A stretch of 58,003 nucleotides of DNA. Source: a virus. Taxonomy: Duplodnaviria; Caudoviricetes. Where the stretch lies: IMG/VR virus record IMGVR_UViG_3300012988_000004, positions 1 to 58,003 of that record. One strand, given 5' to 3'. Position numbers and translations under genes: made by a program. The first letter of the stretch is position 1. Each line of letters opens with the position of its first letter. The notes beneath the pieces were generated by a model. That model was given only the letters and a program-made list of their open reading frames with translations. It did not search any database and had not been told where the DNA came from. Positions 1 through 7,762 of this stretch are shown one piece after another.

Positions 1-123
1 GTCTTGTTGATTAATCCAGGCACATCCTTCATTCCTATGATCTCTATGGCTGTGTTGGCCATGATCGCGTCCATATCCTCGCCATACATGGCACTGACCA
101 GGTTGAAGGAATTCACCAGCTGA
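1..123. repeat. Terminal direct repeat copy 1 (circular assembly overlap)
   Basis: 1..123 is identical to 57881..58003. Confidence 0.97.
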
Positions 124-132
124 GTGACTATC

Positions 133-366
133 TTATCGTCTTGCGCTTCCATTGCTCTTGTGGGAGATTTTAGGGCCTTCTGGTATCAGACTTCCTCTTT
201 TGTCGGGATCGAGATTGATGGTGATGGTAATCTTCTGTGTGAGATGTCGCACTCCAAGGAATTTTAATTTTGAACTTATTAATGGCAATTCCTTTGACAA
301 CCATTTCGCTATTTCAGAAGTAGTTGTTTCTTCATAGAATATCTTGGAAATGCTGCGCTTTGCCAT
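133..366 (-). CDS. Hypothetical protein
   Basis: 77 aa ATG ORF tightly packed in the leftward operon. Confidence 0.6.
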   Translation of the reverse strand: MAKRSISKIFYEETTTSEIAKWLSKELPLISSKLKFLGVRHLTQKITITINLDPDKRGSLIPEGPKISHKSNGSARR

Positions 367-369
367 AAA

Positions 370-744
370 TCAGTACTTTATGTTAAAGTGGTCAAGTAAT
401 TGCTTTATCGTAGGCGTAATCCTCTTGTAGGATTCTATTTCCCCTGATAGTATCGCGAAAACCGTGCTGGCCGTGAATTTCTCGTTGGCCATACAGAAGA
501 TTAAAACGCCCCCATAATCGTTTAGCGCGTCCTGGAGCGAATTTCGTAACTCATCGGTAAATTGATCGGGTGCATTTGTAGAGTTCATCAGCGCCTCTAT
601 AACCACTAAATCTTGGCGTTCTGGCTTATGGGCATCGAGAACGTCCTTTTTGAGGGCATAGTAGTCGATATTAGCCAGCTTGGCGAATCGGGAATAGGTG
701 CCGAACTTTTTTTTGATTTCCTTCTTTAATTTCTCTTTTGTCAT
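370..744 (-). CDS. Putative tandem HTH (Cro/XRE-like) DNA-binding protein
   Basis: Two HTH-like segments: IKKKFGTYSRFAKLANIDY and LNDYGGVLIFC...STVFAILSG. Confidence 0.5.
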   Translation of the reverse strand: MTKEKLKKEIKKKFGTYSRFAKLANIDYYALKKDVLDAHKPERQDLVVIEALMNSTNAPDQFTDELRNSLQDALNDYGGVLIFCMANEKFTASTVFAILSGEIESYKRITPTIKQLLDHFNIKY

Positions 745-1013
745 GCTATTGGAGGGGTTTGGCTTGTGCCGTAAGTTTCTAATTCAAAATCTCGTATTTC
801 CTGCTCTATGTCCATGTGCGACTGTGCACCTGCGTATTTCTTAAAAAGATAGTTCCGAAGAAAATCTCTTGCGAACTCACGCACTGCCCGGTCAAACTCT
901 TCGAGTGGACGGTATTCATTATGCGTCAATGCAAAGTTGTCCTGAAGGATAGTTTTTAGTCTCGAATATTCGCTTGACTCAAGTAGGTCGTATGGTTGTG
1001 TGATCTTGCTCAT
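741..1013 (-). CDS. Hypothetical protein
   Basis: 90 aa ORF with ATGA overlaps on both sides. Confidence 0.65.
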   Translation of the reverse strand: MSKITQPYDLLESSEYSRLKTILQDNFALTHNEYRPLEEFDRAVREFARDFLRNYLFKKYAGAQSHMDIEQEIRDFELETYGTSQTPPIA

Positions 1014-1501
1014 CCAGGGAAAGTTTTTTTTATAAATTCCTTAAGTTCATCGCGTTGTTTTGTTACCTCATAAAGCTCTTTTTGAAGCTTGCTGATTTTC
1101 CAACTCATATTTTGTTCTTCGTCAATGAATTCAGTTTTATTGTAACTTTCATCCTCTGGAGCATCAATCATTGGGCACCAATAAGTCACTTCAGATTGCG
1201 GGATCCGATACTCATCAAGTAAAACCCATTTTTTAGAAATATCCCACATACCTGTTGTGATGTGAAAATCTTCCTCTGGAATGAATACCAGAACGCTAAC
1301 ATTTTCTTCTGGTAATCGATCAGATGATTTTACCCATTTGTATTTTTCTGAAATCTCATTAGCCAATTCCCACAAAAGGCTAAGTTCATTTTCAGTTGCC
1401 TCTTGAAGAGTCGGAGTTACCGGACCATCTGTTGCCATGCAACGCGCTTCGATATTATCTATCAGACGATTGAATTTGTGAATTGTAGTATTTTTCATCA
1501 T
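1010..1501 (-). CDS. DUF551-like phage protein
   Basis: WVKSSDRLPE...VLV...VTYWCPM..P motif typical of DUF551. Confidence 0.7.
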   Translation of the reverse strand: MMKNTTIHKFNRLIDNIEARCMATDGPVTPTLQEATENELSLLWELANEISEKYKWVKSSDRLPEENVSVLVFIPEEDFHITTGMWDISKKWVLLDEYRIPQSEVTYWCPMIDAPEDESYNKTEFIDEEQNMSWKISKLQKELYEVTKQRDELKEFIKKTFPG

Positions 1502-1692
1502 TGAAAGTATTTAAAGACTTCTTCCTCACTTTTGAAATCGGGGTACTCGTTGTTGTTTTTAAAATGACTGTAATCAGGCCTGACTACCGTAGCTCCATTT
1601 TTCTCTGGAACAAATTTAACTCCATCGATCTGCACGTAATACGATACTATCCTACCAAAATGGCGAACCGGAATGATTTTGTAGTCACACAT
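1498..1692 (-). CDS. Hypothetical protein
   Basis: 64 aa ORF coupled to the downstream gene. Confidence 0.55.
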   Translation of the reverse strand: MCDYKIIPVRHFGRIVSYYVQIDGVKFVPEKNGATVVRPDYSHFKNNNEYPDFKSEEEVFKYFQ

Positions 1693-1723
1693 GTGAAGAA
1701 TAGTTTGTTTTCATAACTTGGAT

Positions 1724-2050
1724 TTATTGTTCGTAATTTCTTTCGCCTGATTCCCACCTTTGTAATTCTGTTTTCAATTCTTTAATCTCTTCCAGAAGTT
1801 GTTTATTAATTGCTTCCAACTTTGTGATTTGCTTGTCGCGATCTTCCAATGCTATTTCACAAGACAAGCGTAAATCTTTTTGTTGCTTCCATGCAGTCTC
1901 AGAAAGTCCTAAATCTTGTTTAAGTCTTTCGTTTTCTTCGAGAAGTTCAAAATGTTCATGCGCAAAATCAATAAGGTCTTGTTTTTTATTAGTAAAAAGC
2001 GAATCAATTATCTTATTTAGTCTCTTAATTTTTTCATCGATTTCGTTCAT
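1724..2050 (-). CDS. Coiled-coil hypothetical protein
   Basis: E/K/L-rich heptads. Confidence 0.6.
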   Translation of the reverse strand: MNEIDEKIKRLNKIIDSLFTNKKQDLIDFAHEHFELLEENERLKQDLGLSETAWKQQKDLRLSCEIALEDRDKQITKLEAINKQLLEEIKELKTELQRWESGERNYEQ

Positions 2051-2083
2051 TTTGTTGGGTGTTTATTATTTGGGTGGAGGGGA

Positions 2084-2827
2084 TTAAAGTTTCAATGTTA
2101 AAGGGTAAATCAAATTAGCGGGGACATACCGTGGGTTCTCGGTGACCCAGATCGCCTGCGTATGCTTGAACACTTCGAACGACTGTTCCTTGCTTCTCTC
2201 GAACGTCTTGACCTGCCATCCCTTCCCTTGCATAATGTCTTTAGATAAATCAATCTTTTCTGTCCTAGTCGATGCCTTCAGCCATAGTATCCCAATCTTA
2301 TCGATTTTGCAGTCAGGATTGAATTCATCCCAAATCTTAGCATAAGCCGCAAGTTGCAGCTCATGTGTCGTGTGGATGTAGTTCGAGGTCTTGGTATCCA
2401 ATAGCCAATTTACTCCGTTTATTCTGAGCACCTGGTCAAGTGTACCACCAAATCCCAAGGATGGAGAACAAAGGCTTATCTCATTAGCCACCAGAACCGG
2501 CTTTATTTGCCCCCAGAACGAAGCAAACTTGCAGAGCATATTCCACTCCTCTATGGAGTAAGTGTCGTCCCATGCCAATTCTTCCCCGTCCTTAAGCCTT
2601 TCGGTGGCCTTATGTATTTTTATTCCAAGATCCCCAGCCCTCTCCACTATCTGCTCCGCGTTATTTCCAACATCCTTGAGCCATTGGTTAAATCCAAAGC
2701 CCTTGGGGTAAACCTCCAAGATCGTAGTCACGCTCGGGTAGAATACCAAGTCGTCCAAGGTATAGAAGCGTTGATCCTTGAAGGTGATCTGCTTGAGCTT
2801 GTCGTCAATGAAAATGGTTCTGTTCAT
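2084..2827 (-). CDS. PD-(D/E)XK (Cas4/RecB-like) phage exonuclease
   Basis: YPSVTTIL, G.KIH, GTLD, LDTKTS, QLAAY motifs. Confidence 0.85.
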   Translation of the reverse strand: MNRTIFIDDKLKQITFKDQRFYTLDDLVFYPSVTTILEVYPKGFGFNQWLKDVGNNAEQIVERAGDLGIKIHKATERLKDGEELAWDDTYSIEEWNMLCKFASFWGQIKPVLVANEISLCSPSLGFGGTLDQVLRINGVNWLLDTKTSNYIHTTHELQLAAYAKIWDEFNPDCKIDKIGILWLKASTRTEKIDLSKDIMQGKGWQVKTFERSKEQSFEVFKHTQAIWVTENPRYVPANLIYPLTLKL

Positions 2828-2973
2828 GATTCCTGTTTAAAGATGTCCAAATCAATTGTTTTCATGCAAGACTTAACCTCCTCATAAGTAAGCCCTGTTA
2901 ACTCCATGACTATGTCGATCTGAGTATAACCTTCAGGTTCATCCGAAATAAAACCAATCACAAATTCATCCAT
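2824..2973 (-). CDS. Small acidic protein (49 aa, not in ORF track)
   Basis: MDEFVIGFISDEPEG...KQES fills the gap, ATGA overlap with the nuclease. Confidence 0.55.
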   Translation of the reverse strand: MDEFVIGFISDEPEGYTQIDIVMELTGLTYEEVKSCMKTIDLDIFKQES

Positions 2974-2974
2974 A

Positions 2975-3334
2975 TTATTTCTCGTTTAGGTAAGCAAAGA
3001 ATTTATCTCTGGTCTCATTGAGTTTATCTAAGGCAATGAGCTTATTGTTCGCCATTGATACCGCACACTCCAATGCCACTCTCTTCTTATCGAAAGTATA
3101 GTCTCTTGTAGCAAAGCCTTTTTTCTGTTCCTTAGCAACCACAAAAGAAGGATTGTATTGAGGATTGGAATTAGGCTTAATTTCTATTTCATATTCCTGG
3201 CCTACTTTCATTTCATTGAAGCTATCTCCTTTCCGTCCATCCTCAAGAGTGATCTCCCATATAGTCCATTTAGTACCATCATTCTTTTCTCCCTGCTTCT
3301 TAATAAGAGAGGATTTCACTTTTACCTTTTCCAT
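2975..3334 (-). CDS. Putative ssDNA-binding/annealing protein
   Basis: Beta-rich OB-like N-terminus (WTIWEITLEDG), next to exonuclease; start moved to MEKVKV. Confidence 0.5.
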   Translation of the reverse strand: MEKVKVKSSLIKKQGEKNDGTKWTIWEITLEDGRKGDSFNEMKVGQEYEIEIKPNSNPQYNPSFVVAKEQKKGFATRDYTFDKKRVALECAVSMANNKLIALDKLNETRDKFFAYLNEK

Positions 3335-3355
3335 AGTTGCTCTGTTTTGATAGAA

Positions 3356-3379
3356 CAACATTAGATATTATTTTTTGTA
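3356..3379 (-). promoter_or_regulatory. Early-type promoter (TACAAAAAATAAT then TAATGTTG)
   Basis: Near-consensus Bacteroidota -7 TAnnTTTG plus the motif shared with 40786, 47791 and 57694. Confidence 0.55.
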
Positions 3380-3440
3380 AAAAAAAATAGTTTGATAAAA
3401 TAATTTTTTATAGGTTTACTTCATCAAACAAAAAAACAAT

Positions 3441-3572
3441 ATGAAAAAGAAACAACCCAAGAAGAAAGCACCGCTTAGAATTGTTCAAGCGACAGGCTCC
3501 ATCATCACCTCTAAAGGAACAGAAGTTCCTAGTGCTAGTAACGAGCCTGAGCCGTTTTGTAAGGTGTGTTGA
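3441..3572 (+). CDS. Small basic protein (43 aa) ending FCKVC
   Basis: ATG after an A-rich leader; first ORF of the rightward unit. Confidence 0.5.
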   Translation: MKKKQPKKKAPLRIVQATGSIITSKGTEVPSASNEPEPFCKVC

Positions 3573-3597
3573 AGTTTATATTTAAACACAAAAATAT

Positions 3598-3801
3598 ATG
3601 ACATTCATTCAAGCGGTCGAACTAATGAAACAAGGCAAGAAGCTAACCCATCGATATTTCTCGGATAACGAATGGGTGACAATGCAAGGCAATCTAACCA
3701 TGATTTTTGAAGATGGCGTTAAATGCACACCTCAACAATTCTTAATGGATAGAACCGACTTAGTATGGGGCGAAGATTGGAGTGAGTTTGTTGGAAAATA
3801 A
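3598..3801 (+). CDS. Tad2/DUF2829-like protein (candidate signalling-molecule sponge)
   Basis: MTF.QA.E.MKQGKK N-terminus and EDW C-terminus resemble DUF2829/Tad2. Confidence 0.5.
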   Translation: MTFIQAVELMKQGKKLTHRYFSDNEWVTMQGNLTMIFEDGVKCTPQQFLMDRTDLVWGEDWSEFVGK

Positions 3802-3814
3802 ATCACTATGAAAT

Positions 3815-4147
3815 ATGAGAACAAAAATTTACGGTGCATCGGATGATTTAATTGAAATCGAAGGTGCTGTTACTGAAGAAGTAAATGTCTATCTAAAAGA
3901 AAATCAAAAAGTAAATTTCTTAGCCTCTGATGGCACAAGTGGCAAGATTAGTTACGATGGTGAATGGCATATAGAAGTTATCAATGCCGGAGATAAATAT
4001 AAAATCAGGACTACTTCTGTTGGTGATGATGCTGTGCATGGCGGGGACGCTGCCGGATGTAGTGGATATTCTGATGTGCTGATTCTAAATGATGGGATTG
4101 ATTGGGTGAAGATTGGTCGTAAAACATTTAAAAGGGGGATGAATTGA
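3815..4147 (+). CDS. Conserved phage hypothetical protein
   Basis: IYGASDDLIEIEG motif recurrent in phage proteins. Confidence 0.7.
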   Translation: MRTKIYGASDDLIEIEGAVTEEVNVYLKENQKVNFLASDGTSGKISYDGEWHIEVINAGDKYKIRTTSVGDDAVHGGDAAGCSGYSDVLILNDGIDWVKIGRKTFKRGMN

Positions 4148-4164
4148 AACAGTTATGAAAACAC

Positions 4165-4258
4165 GGGATAACGGCGATGGAGTGTTTTACCATTTGCCTA
4201 AGCAGCAGGGACTAACCTGACGGGCTGAATTGCGGGGTTCGATTCCCCGTTTATTCCA
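4165..4258 (+). ncRNA. tRNA-like RNA with non-canonical anticodon arm
   Basis: 7-bp acceptor GGGATAA/TTATTCC plus discriminator A; T-arm GCGGGG-TTCGATT-CCCCGT; long D-like arm. Confidence 0.65.
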
Positions 4259-4310
4259 CTAATTAAAGGAAGTATGAAAGACTATCAACAAAACTTAAAG
4301 AATTGACAAG

Positions 4311-4415
4311 ATGAGTACAGAGTATGCAATGGCCATAGCTTTCAGTTTGGCTTATTTAATAGGTCTTGTTTTATGCTTTATCGCATTGGTTCAAAATTAT
4401 AGAAGGAATAAATAA
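4311..4415 (+). CDS. Single-pass membrane peptide (34 aa)
   Basis: MSTEYAMAIAFSLAYLIGLVLCFIALVQNYRRNK. Confidence 0.5.
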   Translation: MSTEYAMAIAFSLAYLIGLVLCFIALVQNYRRNK

Positions 4416-4438
4416 ACCTTTCGCTTACAATACAGACA

Positions 4439-4597
4439 ATGAACGCAAAAAGGAAATATCAGATAGCGCTTGAACGACAAAACAAAAGAGTTATTCAATT
4501 AGATAATCTGAAGAAACAGCATTCAAGACTTGCAGACAAACTACACAAACTTGAAATGAGAATCGAAAAGTTAAATTATAAAATTGAATACGAATGA
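4439..4597 (+). CDS. Small coiled-coil protein (52 aa)
   Basis: ATGA overlap with the 4594 ORF. Confidence 0.5.
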   Translation: MNAKRKYQIALERQNKRVIQLDNLKKQHSRLADKLHKLEMRIEKLNYKIEYE

Positions 4598-5268
4598 AAC
4601 TACAATACCGAGAAACTAAATGGTTCGCTGGCGAAGTGCCTGAAGAACCTATTTGGCATGAAATTCCTGCTACTCCTGATAGTTCTGATTGGGAAATAAT
4701 CGATGAACAGAAGCAAGAGTATCAAGAAGCCCTTAAACTTGCCATATCTCAATTCAAAGAAATAGCGCCTCAAGATCAGGAGATAATACAACAATTTTAT
4801 TGTCAATCAGATAATATTAAATGGACTCCCGATCCCTCTAAGCTCTATGACTCAGGAGACTTGGTGTTTGAGTTGCAGCGGATAAGAGTGCCAAGTAAAT
4901 CGTTAGACTTGGTTGCTGAGTCAAAACAATATTGGACTTTGAAAGAAGTAAAGACAGTAAATAGCATCCGCACTGAGATGCCTGAAAAATTAAAAGAGGC
5001 ATATAATGTCCCCTCACTTCGTCAATTATGTTGGCGAATAGATCGTGAAATTTGGGCTAAAGTCGAAGTTCATGAAGCAACCCAATCTTGGGGTAGAGAA
5101 CAAACAGGATTATTAATACTCGATTTCTTAAAGGAAATTCAGACCGAGGAACAAAAAACAATTCAACAACTTCAATCACGCATAGCAGAACTAGAAGAAC
5201 AACGCGAAAGACTTATTGCTGAACTTATGAATGCTGAGGATAAATTGAAATCTAAGGAATCCAATTAA
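4594..5268 (+). CDS. Hypothetical protein with C-terminal coiled coil
   Basis: 224 aa ORF. Confidence 0.7.
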   Translation: MKLQYRETKWFAGEVPEEPIWHEIPATPDSSDWEIIDEQKQEYQEALKLAISQFKEIAPQDQEIIQQFYCQSDNIKWTPDPSKLYDSGDLVFELQRIRVPSKSLDLVAESKQYWTLKEVKTVNSIRTEMPEKLKEAYNVPSLRQLCWRIDREIWAKVEVHEATQSWGREQTGLLILDFLKEIQTEEQKTIQQLQSRIAELEEQRERLIAELMNAEDKLKSKESN

Positions 5269-5287
5269 TAGGGAGGCGGTAATACCT

Positions 5288-5854
5288 TCACCCATGAAAG
5301 ACAATAATCAGCAAAGAAAGCAATCCTAAAGCCACTTCTCCGATAGTCCTATTAACAACCTTTCGAGTTAATTTAATTTCTATAATCTTATGGGCTGAAT
5401 CCATTTTTAGAGAATATTTGATAGTCTCATTTTTAACCCTTATCGCGCTATCTAAAGACTCATTAGCTTGATTGAGAGAATTTATCAGATTGCCTTGTGA
5501 TCGTTGCAGGGAATCGCAAATAACCCCTCTCTTAACCTCTTTAGTAATGGTTGTGGAATCGCTTTTGAAAACTGCAGCTATCTCTGCCTTTGTGACGGTG
5601 ATTGGCGAAATGTATTTACTCATCCAAAAGTCAGCAAGTCTTTTATGGTATTTGGCCGAATCCTCCCAGATCCTTGCTCGTTTCATCCAGAAAGAATCTT
5701 TTGGAGCTAGCTTAATAACCTTAGCCTCATCTTTCTTTAACTCTTGTTTTTCTAGCTTGATGGAGGCCGATTGCTTGCCCGTACATGAGTTTATTAAATA
5801 GCCTATGCCAAGGCCTACCAAAACAGAGATAAGCAAATGGTATGGCCTTATCAT
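5288..5854 (-). CDS. Putative unimolecular spanin (lipoprotein signal + C-terminal TM)
   Basis: Hydrophobic stretch ending YLINSC, helical middle, C-terminal TM; directly after endolysin; start at MIRPY. Confidence 0.6.
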   Translation of the reverse strand: MIRPYHLLISVLVGLGIGYLINSCTGKQSASIKLEKQELKKDEAKVIKLAPKDSFWMKRARIWEDSAKYHKRLADFWMSKYISPITVTKAEIAAVFKSDSTTITKEVKRGVICDSLQRSQGNLINSLNQANESLDSAIRVKNETIKYSLKMDSAHKIIEIKLTRKVVNRTIGEVALGLLSLLIIVFHG

Positions 5855-6324
5855 CCTATAAGATTTATAAAGCAATCTACATTCGCCAGATTTCTTTGTC
5901 TTTTCTGCACCTGTCCTCCATTTGAATCATTGCCAGCGCTTGTATTGCCTTCTATGGTGTAAAAAAGTCCTGCTGTTTTATCCATCCATTCCACGAATAT
6001 CCCGACATGATCTGGGGCTTTATCATGATTCCAATCGAATAAAACCAAATCTCCTGCTTTTGGATCTTGTGTGATTTTATCCTTCCAAATATTCTTTCCA
6101 AAAGGAACGCTTGCAAATCCTTTAATGAAATCAGTTTTGTATTTTGGATGTCCTATGGGTATTCCTGCCTGATCGTAAACCCACGAACAGAAAATAGCGC
6201 ACCATTCAGCACCATCGAATCCAAACCACTGTCCGAACTTCTGCTTATTAGATCCTGCAGGATTCTCAGTTACGCCTATTTCGTGCTTGGCTACTTGAAT
6301 AATTCGCCATCTTATATCTTCCAT
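5851..6324 (-). CDS. Endolysin, CHAP-domain amidase
   Basis: WCAIFCSW, GDLVLF, HVGI, TIEGNT motifs. Confidence 0.92.
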   Translation of the reverse strand: MEDIRWRIIQVAKHEIGVTENPAGSNKQKFGQWFGFDGAEWCAIFCSWVYDQAGIPIGHPKYKTDFIKGFASVPFGKNIWKDKITQDPKAGDLVLFDWNHDKAPDHVGIFVEWMDKTAGLFYTIEGNTSAGNDSNGGQVQKRQRNLANVDCFINLIG

Positions 6325-6639
6325 TTATTTTTTCTTTGGTATAAAAAATTCAATAAATCGTTCGGCATTCACTTTATACAAAGCATAAGATCCAATCTTT
6401 TCTCCTGATATTGTTATGATCGCGATAGCCAGTGGTTGCCAATGTTCTGCTACTTCATCCATAATCCAAGGAGCGAATAGGTAGGCCGATCCTATACCGC
6501 AGATAAAAGAAATGACAATCTGCTTAATAGTCACATTCTCTTTTCTACTTAGAATCGCAAGTTTAACACTCAGTCCCATAAGCGCAGGTAAAAGTATTTT
6601 AATGAATAGGGCTTTAAGTTCTTTCCACTCGTCTGTCAT
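6325..6639 (-). CDS. Holin
   Basis: 104 aa, about 3 TM segments, basic C-terminus, immediately upstream of endolysin. Confidence 0.7.
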   Translation of the reverse strand: MTDEWKELKALFIKILLPALMGLSVKLAILSRKENVTIKQIVISFICGIGSAYLFAPWIMDEVAEHWQPLAIAIITISGEKIGSYALYKVNAERFIEFFIPKKK

Positions 6640-6973
6640 GATTGTAGATTATAAATGAAGTACAAATGGCAATTATTCCAATAATGACGTCCGTGTAAAT
6701 GTAGTATGTGATCTTAAAAATTGCTTTGTCAATTACACTTCCAAAGATCATTACTCCTAGAAAACAAAGGAATGCCTTAGTCAATCCATTGGTATTATAA
6801 AACCCTATCATGCAAAAGAGAAAGAACATAATCTCATAAACCACATTACGAGCTGCATAGAATTTGACATACTCTCCACAATCATTCAGATCATAGATAT
6901 ACCTGATTGTAGAATTGCCAAAATAAAGCAAAATCAAGACTACAGACATCGCTATCATTATTGCCCTTTTCAC
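6614..6973 (-). CDS. 4-TM membrane protein in lysis cassette
   Basis: Four hydrophobic helices; overlaps the holin start. Confidence 0.7.
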   Translation of the reverse strand: MKRAIMIAMSVVLILLYFGNSTIRYIYDLNDCGEYVKFYAARNVVYEIMFFLFCMIGFYNTNGLTKAFLCFLGVMIFGSVIDKAIFKITYYIYTDVIIGIIAICTSFIIYNHDRRVERT

Positions 6974-7059
6974 TTCTTTGGTGGAGGTGGATCAGGATTA
7001 ACAGTATCTCTCTTGATCGGCTTCTTAATCGGTTTTTTAGCTTTCTTTTTCTTTGCCAT
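6970..7059 (-). CDS. Lys/Pro-rich micropeptide MAKKKKAKKPIKKPIKRDTVNPDPPPPKK
   Basis: ATG 1 nt after the upstream stop; its TGA overlaps the GTG start of the 4-TM gene. Confidence 0.65.
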   Translation of the reverse strand: MAKKKKAKKPIKKPIKRDTVNPDPPPPKK

Positions 7060-7060
7060 A

Positions 7061-7420
7061 TTATTGAAGTTTATCGTTTACTTTTTTCTCTGCAAATACT
7101 ACTGCCTTTCCTAAAGCCCCATAAACTAATCTCTGTCCAGCATAACCTAAAATTAAAGCTATTCCGAATGACACTAAGTTGTAATATTGCCATTCAGTTA
7201 TGCTTTTAGGAGCGTAATCTAAAACTATATAATGTGCCACTAAGTTTAATCCAATAATTAATCCAGAAATGAAAAGAGTGATCTTGTCTGTTTTCCAGAA
7301 AAGTTTCATTACATCTCCAAGACTATCATCAGGAGAAAGTTTGTCTAATTCTAAAACTTTTTCGCCTACATGGAATCCAATTCCAAGTAATTGAAGAATG
7401 AAGATTAAAGCATATTCCAT
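7061..7420 (-). CDS. 3-TM membrane protein (holin/antiholin-like)
   Basis: Three hydrophobic segments; located in the lysis region. Confidence 0.6.
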   Translation of the reverse strand: MEYALIFILQLLGIGFHVGEKVLELDKLSPDDSLGDVMKLFWKTDKITLFISGLIIGLNLVAHYIVLDYAPKSITEWQYYNLVSFGIALILGYAGQRLVYGALGKAVVFAEKKVNDKLQ

Positions 7421-7422
7421 AG

Positions 7423-7758
7423 CTATTTCTTTTTAGGTTTAAGTATTCCATCAATTCCTTCTTTCGTTACTATCAGGCTATCCCCTTTATCACTCAGCCT
7501 TTGTATTGGTATTTTTCTTGACTGATATATGCGACTTACAAATTTTTGATGCTCTTCTCTTCGAATTGCAATAGCCTGATTGAATAAATCAACCTGTATT
7601 TTTGCTTGTTTTTCAAACTCATCATTGTCTTGAAACGTCATTTTTTCAAGTTCAGTAAATTCGATATGGAACTTTGAAGAATCAATTGGTTCAGATTTCT
7701 TTTGCGCGAAAGCCATCGAGCAAAATGAAATAAGTAAGAGTGTGGGTAGTGTTTTCAT
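7423..7758 (-). CDS. Secreted small helical protein
   Basis: Signal peptide MKTLPTLLLISFCSMAFA/QKK. Confidence 0.7.
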   Translation of the reverse strand: MKTLPTLLLISFCSMAFAQKKSEPIDSSKFHIEFTELEKMTFQDNDEFEKQAKIQVDLFNQAIAIRREEHQKFVSRIYQSRKIPIQRLSDKGDSLIVTKEGIDGILKPKKK

Positions 7759-7762
7759 TATT

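Noticed and set aside
2084-2827. Cas4-like nuclease as CRISPR-related
   Set aside because: It is a stand-alone phage exonuclease beside an SSB-like gene, with no array.
4165-4258. Amber suppressor tRNA and stop-codon recoding
   Set aside because: The loop with CTA is 6 nt without U33, and genes are intact and densely packed in the standard code.
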